Shown here: piece by piece, positions 1-9,065 of the stretch
How the letters are laid out: every line of letters begins with the position of its first letter
Numbering within the stretch: position 1 is the stretch's first letter
IMG/VR virus record: IMGVR_UViG_3300050505_000464
Reading direction: 5' to 3' (one strand)
Origin: a virus
DNA: 61,384 nt
Position numbers and translations under genes: made by a program
Notes under the pieces: model-generated
The model's input: only the letters and a program-made list of their open reading frames with translations
What the model was told of the DNA's origin: nothing
Databases searched by the model: none

Positions 1-148
1 TACGGGCGTGCGGCTCGAGTTGCTCGGGGGCGAGGCTCTCGAGGTGCTCGCGGGAGCGGAAGAAGCTGCGCTTGATGATGTCGGACAGGGCGGTGCTGAT
101 TTTTGGCATGAGGGAGTCTCCTGGGATTGAGTGGAGGGTCACAGTGTC

Positions 149-451
149 TTACGCGCTCGGGGAAGGATCCTTCCCCTGTTTGATCACGATTTCGTCGTCC
201 ACCCACTCGAAGCTCGCCGAGCGGTGGTGGCCGAGGTGGCGGCGCGGGCGCGTGCAGCGGTAGGTTTTCCACACCGTCGGACCGAGCAGCCCGCAGCGCG
301 CGTCACACGGGCAGCGGAGCGCACGACGCAGGCGGAAGGCTCCCCACGCGAGCGCGAGCACGGGCACGGCCCAGCAGGCCGCGGTCATGAGCGCGTAAGC
401 GTGCGGGTGGGTGACAGAGAGATCGGTCATCGTTGGCGTTTCCAAAGCCAA
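149..451 (-). CDS. Small membrane protein with C..RC-x5-H-x-G-x-H motif
   Basis: N-terminal hydrophobic helix then RCTRPRRHLGHH. Confidence 0.55.
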   Translation of the reverse strand: MALETPTMTDLSVTHPHAYALMTAACWAVPVLALAWGAFRLRRALRCPCDARCGLLGPTVWKTYRCTRPRRHLGHHRSASFEWVDDEIVIKQGKDPSPSA

Positions 452-497
452 TACAGGAGCCCGATGCCGATGGGGAGCGCGACGGCGTCAGCGGGGG

Positions 498-1052
498 TCA
501 TCGCCCACAGATCTCTTGGATGTCTTCGAAGGCGCTCTCCAGCCGCGTCTCCAGCGAGCCGCCAGGTTGGCGCACGATCCCGAGATCCCCAACTTGGTCT
601 GCCCGAAGCACCAGCTGCCACAGGATGAGCTCGTACATCCGATGGTACTCGGTATTCGTTTGCCGGATCCCATCGTCCAACCGCTGGTTGTGAACACTCG
701 GGAGCCAGAAGAGCAAGTCGTACCGGCGCATCGCCGCAGTAAACGTGTCGATCGCCCCCTGCTCCAGATCGGACGCCATGTGCAGCGCGCAGTAGGTCAG
801 GTTGTCGAGGTAACTCCGATCGGTCACGAAGTCTTCGTGCGCGAGCTCCCAGTCTCGCTTCGCTTCGAAGAGGCGCTTCTGAAACTCTACGCGCTTGCCG
901 GCCTTGTCCACGTCGTAGGGGTTGTCGAAGCCCATCTCGAGCGCGACCGAGCGCGCACCGATGGGGTTGAGGGGGATGTTGTACTTTTCGGAGATGGCGC
1001 GAGCGAGCGTTGTCTTGCCAGTGCCGCTCGCTCCTGCGATAGCGATCCTCAT
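498..1052 (-). CDS. P-loop NTPase, nucleotide kinase-like (AAA_28/NadR-like)
   Basis: MRIAIAGASGTGKTT Walker A at N-terminus, FVTDRSYLD motif; ATG 1052 overlaps upstream stop. Confidence 0.8.
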   Translation of the reverse strand: MRIAIAGASGTGKTTLARAISEKYNIPLNPIGARSVALEMGFDNPYDVDKAGKRVEFQKRLFEAKRDWELAHEDFVTDRSYLDNLTYCALHMASDLEQGAIDTFTAAMRRYDLLFWLPSVHNQRLDDGIRQTNTEYHRMYELILWQLVLRADQVGDLGIVRQPGGSLETRLESAFEDIQEICGR

Positions 1053-1543
1053 TTGCGTTTCGATCCTTTGGTTGCGAGGCGCTCTTCGAGCGCATGCTCG
1101 CCAGCGTGTCCCTGGAGCAGCAAGCACCGCCGCCTTGCTATTTGATAGTGGCATCGATGGCGAATCGGCGAGAGCCAATGCCCCGATTTCGCCTCGTGCT
1201 TCCCGGGGTGGCTCTCGGGCCGCGTGCAGCGCTCACCAGTGAAACTGACGGCGCGGCAGCGCGACTTCGATACGCCGTCACCGTCCGGCTTCACCGGACG
1301 CTTCTTCTTCACTCCACCCAATCCTTTCTTTTTCTTTTTGGCGTTCCGGCGGCGGGTCCGGGCACCGCGCTCTGCTCGGCGAATGCGCTCGCGTTGTGCC
1401 TGCGTGTGACGCGCTTCTTCCGCAGCGCGCGCTGGAGCAACCGGCTCCTCGAAGATCGCGCTCAGAATCACCCCGAGGGCATGGCGCACCTCGGGCTTCA
1501 GGCGTGTGAAAATTCTCGGCATCTCCCACTGAAAGTCAGTCAC
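1049..1543 (-). CDS. Basic hypothetical protein with two Cys/His finger motifs
   Basis: Lys/Arg tract; RCTRPESHPGKH and RCLLLQGHAGEH. Confidence 0.6.
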   Translation of the reverse strand: MTDFQWEMPRIFTRLKPEVRHALGVILSAIFEEPVAPARAAEEARHTQAQRERIRRAERGARTRRRNAKKKKKGLGGVKKKRPVKPDGDGVSKSRCRAVSFTGERCTRPESHPGKHEAKSGHWLSPIRHRCHYQIARRRCLLLQGHAGEHALEERLATKGSKRK

Positions 1544-1854
1544 GATCGAGCCTCCTTCACTTGCTGCTGAAACCGCGCGGCGCTCACGGCCGTCAGCCCC
1601 GCACTCTGGATCTTGCCCCAGAGCTTCTTCCAGCGATCGTCATCCGGGTAGAAGTACATGATCCAGACATACGATGCGCATGCCAGGCCACGAACCACCA
1701 GGCTCGGCGGGCGTCCCGAGAGGAGCGGCGTGTCCGACAGAAAAAACAATACGCCGGGCGTGAAGCACAGTGGCCACGAGCGACCCCTACATCGAATCGC
1801 CACTGCGATCACGAGCAGACCGGCATCCCACATAAACTCGCCCGTCGCGCTCAC
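1540..1854 (-). CDS. Hypothetical membrane protein
   Basis: GTGA-coupled start, hydrophobic segments. Confidence 0.45.
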   Translation of the reverse strand: MSATGEFMWDAGLLVIAVAIRCRGRSWPLCFTPGVLFFLSDTPLLSGRPPSLVVRGLACASYVWIMYFYPDDDRWKKLWGKIQSAGLTAVSAARFQQQVKEARS

Positions 1855-2132
1855 GGTTTCCGCTCCGGCACACACGAGATCGCGACCGCTACTGAGCCCG
1901 GGATGTTGTTCGTGCGATTGCTCGCGACGTAGCACACGTTGAAGTTCCCTCCGGTCGTGTCGCGGAAGACGCGTACCGTGACGCCATCGGCCTGCGTCAC
2001 CGCCTCTTGCCAGAGGCCCGACTTCGGATCGGCGCGCGCGTCGCGCATCAGCGCCATCAGCGGCACGCCCACGCCACACACCAATGCCGCCAACGCCAAC
2101 GCACCCATCATCATCCTCTGGATCATCGTCAT
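1851..2132 (-). CDS. Hypothetical exported protein
   Basis: Signal-like N-terminus; coupled to neighbours. Confidence 0.55.
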   Translation of the reverse strand: MTMIQRMMMGALALAALVCGVGVPLMALMRDARADPKSGLWQEAVTQADGVTVRVFRDTTGGNFNVCYVASNRTNNIPGSVAVAISCVPERKP

Positions 2133-2404
2133 CACTTCCACCATCCCATCCAATGAGCCGCGAGCACCATCGCCGCCCCCACGCAGAAACACACCACGTA
2201 GCGCGGATCCGGAATGTACCAGGGCTGGGGCTTCACGGCGCGCCGCGGGCCGTTCACCATCTCGAGCTCGAGGCGCTTGCAGGCATAGTTGACCTTGACC
2301 TGGAGATCGCTTCGACAGCCCGGGCAGAGCAGCCACTCTTTCGAATGAGCGATATTCCCCGGGCGGATGACGGGGGCGTCGCAGAGGAGACAGGTTGTGC
2401 GCAT
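2132..2404 (-). CDS. Zn-finger protein with C-terminal TM helix
   Basis: CLLC...CPGC and hydrophobic tail. Confidence 0.5.
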   Translation of the reverse strand: MRTTCLLCDAPVIRPGNIAHSKEWLLCPGCRSDLQVKVNYACKRLELEMVNGPRRAVKPQPWYIPDPRYVVCFCVGAAMVLAAHWMGWWK

Positions 2405-3135
2405 CAGGTCCGGTTCCGGGGGTGGGGATGCACGCGGTTACCGACGACCGGCCAATCCGAATCGTGCGCGTGCTTCGACAGCCAGTCGACGCGCCCGGTG
2501 ACCCATTTCCGCTTCACCCGCCAATAGCGGAGGTGCTCACGGAGCGTGTGGGGTTTGCGCCAGGACTCGCGGCGTAGACGGGGAGCCATCAGGTCACGCA
2601 TCTCCCGAGCAGGATCGAAAAGTAAACGTCCGCGCTCGCGCGCAGGTACGCACCCGGTAGCGTCTGGCAATCTGCGCACACCGTAAACGGCCAGAGGCGA
2701 CACTCGCTCTTCACGAAGACCGGAAGCGCGAGCACGCCCATCCATTCGTCATCCAGGAAGCCGCAGCATTCGCAGTACTGGACTGGTATCGGTGGCGGCC
2801 GCCAGGTCAGGAAATCAATCCCAAACCACGGCTTCGTCGGATCAGCGCACGCCGCCATTACTTGTCCTCCGGCGTGCACTCGTAAAACGCATGCAGCGAT
2901 CCCATCACACCCATGGCGCTCCCGACCAGCCACATCTTCGAGTCTGGATCGAGTCGGCAAGGCGCCTGGATCACATGAAACCCAAACTCCCTCTTCGGAT
3001 GCTCTTCATCCTCCTGCACGGTCAGCGTCACGCCGCCAGCGGAGACGCTCACGAGCAGCACCCGGAATCGCTCATCCAGTACGAGACCCGTGCGTGTGCC
3101 GCACTCGATCCAGTGGTCGGTAATGACTCTAGCCA

Positions 3136-3408
3136 TCAGACCGCAGGCCTCAGGTAGCGGAAGCGTGGGGCGACCGTGCGCAAGCACATGCCGTAATCTT
3201 CGCTCGTCTCCCTGACGACCGATATCTCATCCGTCCACGAGTCCTTCCCCGGCGTCGCCCACTCGCGCATCGAGATCGTGCCATGAATCGGGCACACGTA
3301 GACGACGAAGAGCTCGCCCGTTTCGTGGTGGTGAGCGAGGTGGAGAGCGAAGTATCGGTCGCCCTTGTAGTCCTCGTAGATGCCTGGTTTGAAGAGTTCG
3401 GGGTTCAA
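3136..3408 (-). CDS. DUF1653-like protein
   Basis: KPGIYEDYKGDRY...HHETGELFVVY matches the GxYxHYKG...HSET..E.lVVY pattern; TTG start overlaps upstream stop. Confidence 0.7.
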   Translation of the reverse strand: MNPELFKPGIYEDYKGDRYFALHLAHHHETGELFVVYVCPIHGTISMREWATPGKDSWTDEISVVRETSEDYGMCLRTVAPRFRYLRPAV

Positions 3409-3821
3409 TGGCCCCTCGCTTTCATGAAGCCTGCTTTGAAGTTCAACCGACAGAGCGGATCGAAGTACGCGACCTCCTTTTTGCAGCAGCATTCTTCCCA
3501 AGCGGCATCGGCATCGAGCTCATCCGCTCGCCGCAGCGTCTGCTTCACGATCTCCGGATCTGCCTCTTCTCGGATCGCTTTCGCTTCGGGCGTACCGAGT
3601 GACGAGCGATCGATCAAGTCACCGAGCGGTGCTTGGGCACGAAACGCCACCACCCGACTAGTCGTGTGCATCAATTCGAGCTCAGCATCCAGGAAGCGTT
3701 CTTCAGCCTGCATACCGTGCGGCGAACCCTGCATGGCCACGCGGTAGAGCCGGGCGCTCCGCCAGTTCAGGGCGGCCTCGATGAGCTCCTGCTCGAGTTC
3801 GGACTCGGTATTGTCGGTCAT
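3405..3821 (-). CDS. Hypothetical protein
   Basis: ATGA-coupled ORF, helical composition. Confidence 0.55.
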   Translation of the reverse strand: MTDNTESELEQELIEAALNWRSARLYRVAMQGSPHGMQAEERFLDAELELMHTTSRVVAFRAQAPLGDLIDRSSLGTPEAKAIREEADPEIVKQTLRRADELDADAAWEECCCKKEVAYFDPLCRLNFKAGFMKARGH

Positions 3822-4189
3822 GGACTTGCTCCTTGCCCTCTGCAGCGGATCAGCATTGAGCCTTCCCAGGTCTGGTTCGTCATCGGAATCAATGGCGCGT
3901 CTCCGTCCCCCACGAACACCGTCTGCGACCCCTTCTCCTGCTGTTGCGACACGAGCGAATATCCACGCGGGCAACTCTTCGCTGCATCACGGATGCAATC
4001 GGCCGATTCGCGGCATGAAATGAGCAGCGCTGGCTTACCGTCTGGACCAGTCGTGACTTCCGAATCGGCGCGCTGACCCATCATGTGCTTAACCAAGCCC
4101 ACCCCCAGCGCGGCCAATATCCCGGTCATCGCAACAACGATCGCTAACTCAGTGAGAGTGAAGCCCGTCGAATTCTCTTTCTTATTCAT
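3818..4189 (-). CDS. Type IV prepilin-like N-terminal cleavage/methylation domain protein
   Basis: MNKKENSTG|FTLTELAIVVAMTGILAALG class III signal (G|F, E+5); four Cys downstream. Confidence 0.75.
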   Translation of the reverse strand: MNKKENSTGFTLTELAIVVAMTGILAALGVGLVKHMMGQRADSEVTTGPDGKPALLISCRESADCIRDAAKSCPRGYSLVSQQQEKGSQTVFVGDGDAPLIPMTNQTWEGSMLIRCRGQGASP

Positions 4190-4192
4190 GAT

Positions 4193-5131
4193 TCAAACCT
4201 TGAGTACGCGCGCGCCGACGAAAGCTTCCCCGGTCCGCGCAACGCTGCTCGTCACAACGCTCGCGAGACCCTGATCTCGCCGCCGCTCGTAGAGCCAAAC
4301 CAATTCTTTCCTAAACCACTTATCCCCCATCACCTCCGCATCGACGCCATCGATCACCAAGACGCTCACCTCGAGCAGCGCCTTCATCGGCGACTCTTCC
4401 TTCACGGTCATGGCGTTCTTGACATCGCGGAGCAGCGTCGGAGCGTGCACGGAGCGGAGGGGGTGGTTTGAGTAACGCTCGGCAACCGAGCGGAGTAGGG
4501 CGACGCCGTACTCGCGAGCAAACTCGCCCTCGATGCACAGCTGCACACCCCTCGGCGGATCGCGCCGCGTGCCCTGATCCAAAAAGGCATCGAGCGCTTC
4601 CACGATGTGCGGCGGCTTCTTCAGCTTCGCCCGCGACACTCGCGTGAGGCGCGCATCGACTCCCAGGCTCGCCATGCGCCGCGCCATGCGAAATTCGCCA
4701 AACCGTTCGCAGGGCTTCATCTCTGTTTGCGCGACCTCGCCGTGGATGCGCAAACGCACGAGCGCGCCAGCTTTAAACGTCGGGCTCGCCGTCTCTGCGC
4801 ACGCGGCGCCCTCCTTCGGACAGCGCGCGCACTCGCTGAGCCGCGCTTCGACGCCGAGCCAAAAGGCTCGCGTCTCACTGCGCAGGAGACCAGGTAGCGA
4901 TTCCGCTGTCACGCTACTGTCGCTTCCGAGTACTCGGGCGACCATCGGGCACCGGGAGCTCAACCACATCTGCCCACCCTCCGCCTCCAGCTCCCTCAAA
5001 AACGGTCCCTCCACCGACTCCCAACGGAGGCGAAGGCTCGCCGGGAGGTCGCGAAGGGGACTCGCGTCGGGGCGCTGGGCCGGACTCTCGGTCGGATCGC
5101 TGAGGTGTGACAGATCGGTCTCGTCGGTCAT
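4193..5131 (-). CDS. DnaC/IstB-like helicase-loader homologue, degenerate Walker A
   Basis: Follows initiator; CxxC Zn motif, VLVIDG Walker-B-like, LYERRRDQGLASVVTS resembles the IstB C-terminal motif; AGGAG RBS; no GxxGxGK[ST]. Confidence 0.65.
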   Translation of the reverse strand: MTDETDLSHLSDPTESPAQRPDASPLRDLPASLRLRWESVEGPFLRELEAEGGQMWLSSRCPMVARVLGSDSSVTAESLPGLLRSETRAFWLGVEARLSECARCPKEGAACAETASPTFKAGALVRLRIHGEVAQTEMKPCERFGEFRMARRMASLGVDARLTRVSRAKLKKPPHIVEALDAFLDQGTRRDPPRGVQLCIEGEFAREYGVALLRSVAERYSNHPLRSVHAPTLLRDVKNAMTVKEESPMKALLEVSVLVIDGVDAEVMGDKWFRKELVWLYERRRDQGLASVVTSSVARTGEAFVGARVLKV

Positions 5132-5981
5132 CCACTGCTCCTACGTCGGGATTCGGAAACCCTTCCCGAACTGTTCCAGAACCCTTCTCGAACCCTTTCG
5201 AAACCCTTTCGGAAGGGTTCCCGAACCCTTCCCGGGTATCTTCGTACCCCCCATCCTCCTCATTATCATCATCGACCCCCGGGGAACCCTTCTCGAACCC
5301 TTTCGAAACCCTTCGGGAACCCCCATTAAGAGTAAGAGTAAGAGTATCAGTCAGAGTAAGAGATCGAGATCTGGGATCCTCTCTCCTAGAAAAAAATAAA
5401 TGATCTATTTTTTTATCTGAGAGATCCTGATCTGTAGGATCCAGCCAAGGCTGCACACCTGGAGGTAACTCCTCCCCGAGCTTCCATTTTTCACCGAGAC
5501 GGTAAGTCCTCGGATCGCCCGGGACGAGCAGCCCAAATCTCGCATCGAACATCTGCACCCCGCCGTTCGTGCAGCGCTCGGCGAGCTTTCTGAGCGTCGG
5601 TAAGTGCTGATATTTGAAGTCAGATTTCGGCGCTTTCAGAAACGCCGACTTCCAGCCGCTGATTTGGTTCGGGTTGGGGGTCTGGGCATATTTCCAGACG
5701 TTGGGGATCCGCACCTGCCGTGAGGCAGGGTCGTAGACAGCCATTGCCTTGTCCACGATGAGCCAGAAACCGTTTTCGACCTCGCGCTTGAGGTCAGGGC
5801 CCATCAGGTCGCCGCCGAGCTGCCAGAACACATCCTCAACCGAAATGTTGTACAAGCCCGGCAGGTTGATGGCGGCGGCGTGTTTGCCCTGGATGATGCA
5901 GCTCCAGACGGCGATGCCGATGGGGCCGAGCTCGTGGACCTTTTGGCTGAGCCAAAATTGCTCGTCGAGGAGGGTGCCCAC
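4914..5981 (-). CDS. Phage replication initiator (replisome organiser-like)
   Basis: N-terminal wHTH-like region (LPGLY...VYDPASRQVRIPNVWKY.TPNPN), internal iteron array, upstream of DnaC-like gene; GTG start 5981 uncertain. Confidence 0.65.
   Translation of the reverse strand: MGTLLDEQFWLSQKVHELGPIGIAVWSCIIQGKHAAAINLPGLYNISVEDVFWQLGGDLMGPDLKREVENGFWLIVDKAMAVYDPASRQVRIPNVWKYAQTPNPNQISGWKSAFLKAPKSDFKYQHLPTLRKLAERCTNGGVQMFDARFGLLVPGDPRTYRLGEKWKLGEELPPGVQPWLDPTDQDLSDKKIDHLFFSRREDPRSRSLTLTDTLTLTLNGGSRRVSKGFEKGSPGVDDDNEEDGGYEDTREGFGNPSERVSKGFEKGSGTVREGFPNPDVGAVDDRRDRSVTPQRSDRESGPAPRRESPSRPPGEPSPPLGVGGGTVFEGAGGGGWADVVELPVPDGRPSTRKRQ
5158..5324 (+). repeat. Iteron-like AACCCTT array, putative origin
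   Basis: AACCCTT-type units every 11 bp at 5158, 5169 (degenerate), 5180, 5191, 5202, 5213 (inverted), 5224 and 5285, 5296, 5307, 5318 (degenerate); perfect 30-bp direct repeat 5179-5208 = 5284-5313. Confidence 0.8.
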
Positions 5982-5985
5982 GCGC

Positions 5986-6231
5986 TCACCCAGCCTTGCG
6001 CTGAGGGAAAATCCCCTCGAGTTTGTCCACGAACGGCGACGCTTTGCCCTGCATGAATCGGTCGGCAATCCGAATCAAATGCCGTAAAACCTGCTGATCC
6101 TTCAGGTGCGCGCCGCCGGCGATGCGCTGGAGCGCGGCATAATGCACCGGGTCGAGTCGGAGGTTGATGTGGATGGGTTTTTGCGGATCTTCTGAGGTTT
6201 CAGGCGGCGGACCGTCGGGATGCTGCGACAT
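5986..6231 (-). CDS. Small DNA-binding protein (ribbon-helix-helix-like)
   Basis: IHINLRLDPVHYAALQRIA strand-helix pattern; heads the replication operon. Confidence 0.5.
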   Translation of the reverse strand: MSQHPDGPPPETSEDPQKPIHINLRLDPVHYAALQRIAGGAHLKDQQVLRHLIRIADRFMQGKASPFVDKLEGIFPQRKAG

Positions 6232-6392
6232 GCGGGCGGCGATCAGTAAGCGATCCCGCCATGTAGGCGCAAGGTATTTTGGTGCGAAAATGTTACTTGG
6301 CGCGTGAGCAGTTCTGGGGCGAGATCTGACCACCCGATGAGCAGGCTAAAAAGCGTTGACTACTGGATGGGTGTTCAGTAAAACAGCGACGA

Positions 6393-6683
6393 ATGGGGAA
6401 TCATGCTGAGAAAAATTTCGGGGAGCTCGCAGGAAGCGTTTTGGAGTGGTCGGACGTACTGCGCGCCGTTCCGGGGTCCAAAACGCGTGCAGCGCTGCTC
6501 GCGCGATTTTTTGACAGGGGTTTTGATGCTGGATCGTTCGGGGCAAAAAGATCCGCGCGGGAGGCGATGGTGGCCGATCTGACCGCGACCGAGGACTGGC
6601 TCGGGCTCGGTCCCCCGAACGCGCTCGCGCGGGCTCGCATCCGAGATCTGCGGCGTCGCCTCGAGCTAGAGCTTTGGCCATAG
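6393..6683 (+). CDS. Hypothetical protein
   Basis: ORF after TTGACT-17bp-TAAAAC promoter-like site. Confidence 0.45.
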   Translation: MGNHAEKNFGELAGSVLEWSDVLRAVPGSKTRAALLARFFDRGFDAGSFGAKRSAREAMVADLTATEDWLGLGPPNALARARIRDLRRRLELELWP

Positions 6684-6688
6684 GAGGT

Positions 6689-6717
6689 TTGCGATGGTGT
6701 GCGCGATCGGGTATACA
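6689..6717 (+). promoter_or_regulatory. sigma70-type promoter for TA operon
   Basis: TTGCGA-17bp-TATACA just upstream of ATG 6727. Confidence 0.45.
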
Positions 6718-6726
6718 AGTAGAACA

Positions 6727-6957
6727 ATGTTAAACATCAAGATGCGAAAGATCGGTGGGAGTCAATACATCGCGATTCCGCCGCAGGTCCTGAAAGCGAT
6801 CGGTGTTCCCGAAGGCGCTGAGCTCAGTCTGCGCTTTGACAGTGACCGAATCGTGTTGGAGCGTCCGGACAGTCGCCCTTCGCGAGAGGTGTTCTTGCGG
6901 ATGCTCGACGAGGTCATGACCGAAGACGCAGCGATCTTGCGGGAGCTCGCCAGGTAG
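6727..6957 (+). CDS. AbrB/MazE/SpoVT-family antitoxin
   Basis: KMRKIGGSQYIAIPPQVLKAIGVPEGAEL swapped-hairpin motif; C-terminal ILRELA; abuts Doc gene. Confidence 0.88.
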   Translation: MLNIKMRKIGGSQYIAIPPQVLKAIGVPEGAELSLRFDSDRIVLERPDSRPSREVFLRMLDEVMTEDAAILRELAR

Positions 6958-7338
6958 ATGCATTTCCTGTCGATGCAAGACGTGCTCGACATCCACGACG
7001 CAGTGCTCGCCGCCTACGGCGGCATGGCCGGGATCTTGAAACACAACGAACTCGACGCGGCCGTGCACTCGCCTCGCGCGACTTGGGAAGGGCAACTGCT
7101 CTATGAAGACGAGATCGGTGTCGCTGTCGCCTACCTGTACTTGGCGCTCAGTCATCCATTCGTGGAAGGAAACAAGCGCACCGCCTGGGTCATGGCGCGG
7201 CAGTTTTTGAGAATGAATGGGATCCGGATCCGTGTGCCAACCGAAGATGCGGTGGCGGTGATGCTTCTGATCTCGGAAGGCAAAGAGAAGGACTGGCGAG
7301 TGGTTGCGGACTGGCTGCGCGATTTCGTTGTCGAGTAG
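6958..7338 (+). CDS. doc: Doc (death-on-curing, Fic-family) toxin
   Basis: HPFVEGNKRTA Fic/Doc motif; MHFLSMQDVLDIH typical N-terminus. Confidence 0.9.
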   Translation: MHFLSMQDVLDIHDAVLAAYGGMAGILKHNELDAAVHSPRATWEGQLLYEDEIGVAVAYLYLALSHPFVEGNKRTAWVMARQFLRMNGIRIRVPTEDAVAVMLLISEGKEKDWRVVADWLRDFVVE

Positions 7339-7345
7339 CCTCGAG

Positions 7346-7795
7346 CTAGAGATTTGGCCGTGACTGCCCGACGGACGGCTCGATGTCGACGAGATCCCAG
7401 CCGTCCTGATCGTTGCGGTCGTCTTCCACCCAGATGTAGTCGGCACCTCGTGCGAGAGCACGATGGGCCCGAGCGCGCTTGAACTCTTTCTTGTGCCAGA
7501 GCTCCTCCCCCTGGAACGGAAACCAGTGCTCGAGTTGGTAGTGCTGGAAGGTGCCGACCATCCCGCTCAGGTGGATCCCTCCTTCCGTGAACGCGATCAC
7601 TTTCGTGATGGGACCGTTGCCTTCGGGCACGGGGATCCTCACCCAGTCACCGACGACGAAGTCGCGCTTGTCGCGTTCTTCTGGGAGCATGCGCAGGTGG
7701 TGCGCGATAGCATCGAGCGCGAGGTGCACGGCGTCGCCCGCGTTGTGGTCGCAGAGGAACTCGCGGAGCAAAGTGATCGATGGGTTGATGGTCAT
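7346..7795 (-). CDS. Hypothetical protein with SH3/KOW-like segment
   Basis: FVVGDWVRI motif; coupled ORF. Confidence 0.55.
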   Translation of the reverse strand: MTINPSITLLREFLCDHNAGDAVHLALDAIAHHLRMLPEERDKRDFVVGDWVRIPVPEGNGPITKVIAFTEGGIHLSGMVGTFQHYQLEHWFPFQGEELWHKKEFKRARAHRALARGADYIWVEDDRNDQDGWDLVDIEPSVGQSRPNL

Positions 7796-8442
7796 GGTTT
7801 TGGGTCTCTATCTCGGAGAGCACGAAGTTCCGTGACTAATTCGAGCACTCGGGCAGGGGTGACGAGTTGATGGAATCGCCGCAATGCGATGACCCATTCG
7901 AAATGAGAGGCGTGTTGTTGCATGGCTCCAATCAGATCATCTGAGGCAGCCTCGAGATCGGTGAGGTCATCTCTCATGGCGCTTTGATCGATCCTCCGGT
8001 CGGCGCGGGGAGCTGCGCGTAGGTCTCGACGTACCCGCAGATCTTGCAGGAGTAGAGAGTGCAGATTGCTCCACGCTCGCCGCCTGATTCGATGGTAGGT
8101 ATGGCGACCTGTTGGTTTTTGGTCATCGTCAACTGGCCACCGTGATCGTTTACGCAGAAGAGTTCGAGTTTGCCTTGGATGATTTGGAGTGGCATCAGTG
8201 TTCGCTCCCGATCTGCTCGCGCCGCTTCTTCCGCTGCTCCCTCTCGAACTCCTCCTTCAACCGGAGCTTCTCTTGGTGCGAGAGGATCATGAAGTGAGTG
8301 ACAGGCCCGAGCCAACCGATCGTGCGGAGCACCGCGCTGACGACCTTGTCCAAGAGCCAGAGTGCGCCGAGGCTGATTGCGGCGATTCCGGGCAGCAGGC
8401 ACGTGATCATGCCGATGATCGTAAATGCGTAGGTCAGCCTCA

Positions 8443-8661
8443 TCATCGGTGAACGACCCCGCGCCACAGCGCCCACCCGCCGAGCACCATCAAGATCACG
8501 ACCAGCATGACGAATGCCCCAATCTGAAACCCAGTCCAGACGGCTCGGGTCACCCGCCAGTGGATCTCGACCGCCTTCTCCTGGTCCACACCGAATTCCT
8601 CCTGGATCTCCCGGTGGTCCATCTTGGTGCTCATTTTGCGGAAGGTGTCCTCGAAGCTCAT
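8443..8661 (-). CDS. 72-aa membrane protein, paralog A
   Basis: Similar to adjacent ORF (WTGFQIGA...LGGWAL). Confidence 0.65.
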   Translation of the reverse strand: MSFEDTFRKMSTKMDHREIQEEFGVDQEKAVEIHWRVTRAVWTGFQIGAFVMLVVILMVLGGWALWRGVVHR

Positions 8662-8876
8662 CTTGCGAAAAACCGGACGAGCGCCCAGCCTCCGAGGATC
8701 ACGAGAAACGCGGCCGTCGTTGTGTACGCGCCGAGCTTGAATCCGACCCACATGATTCTCATGGATCGGTCGAGTAGGTGCTCGGACTGGGCCCGGGTCA
8801 TGCCGAGCGCGCGCTCTACATCGGAGTTATCGCGCTCTTCGATGACTTCGCGGAACAACTCTTTGATGGGTCTCAT
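8658..8876 (-). CDS. 72-aa membrane protein, paralog B
   Basis: WVGFKLGA...ILGGWAL. Confidence 0.65.
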   Translation of the reverse strand: MRPIKELFREVIEERDNSDVERALGMTRAQSEHLLDRSMRIMWVGFKLGAYTTTAAFLVILGGWALVRFFAR

Positions 8877-9065
8877 CGGGGCTCCTCGATGCAGACGCAG
8901 CGGTGATCCATGAGCTGACTCGTGCCGTGCTGGCAGTGCTTCTCTGCGCAATACTCCTTGTTTTGTGACACGAAATAGCTCATCGCTGCGATGAGGATGA
9001 GCGTGACAATGACGCCGATGCAGCCCGTCGGGTTACTGGCGATCGCGACCAGCTCCACGTCGTCG

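Noticed and set aside
5158-5324. AACCCTT repeats as CRISPR or telomere-like repeats
   Set aside because: Too short, no spacers, located inside the initiator gene; iteron reading fits better.
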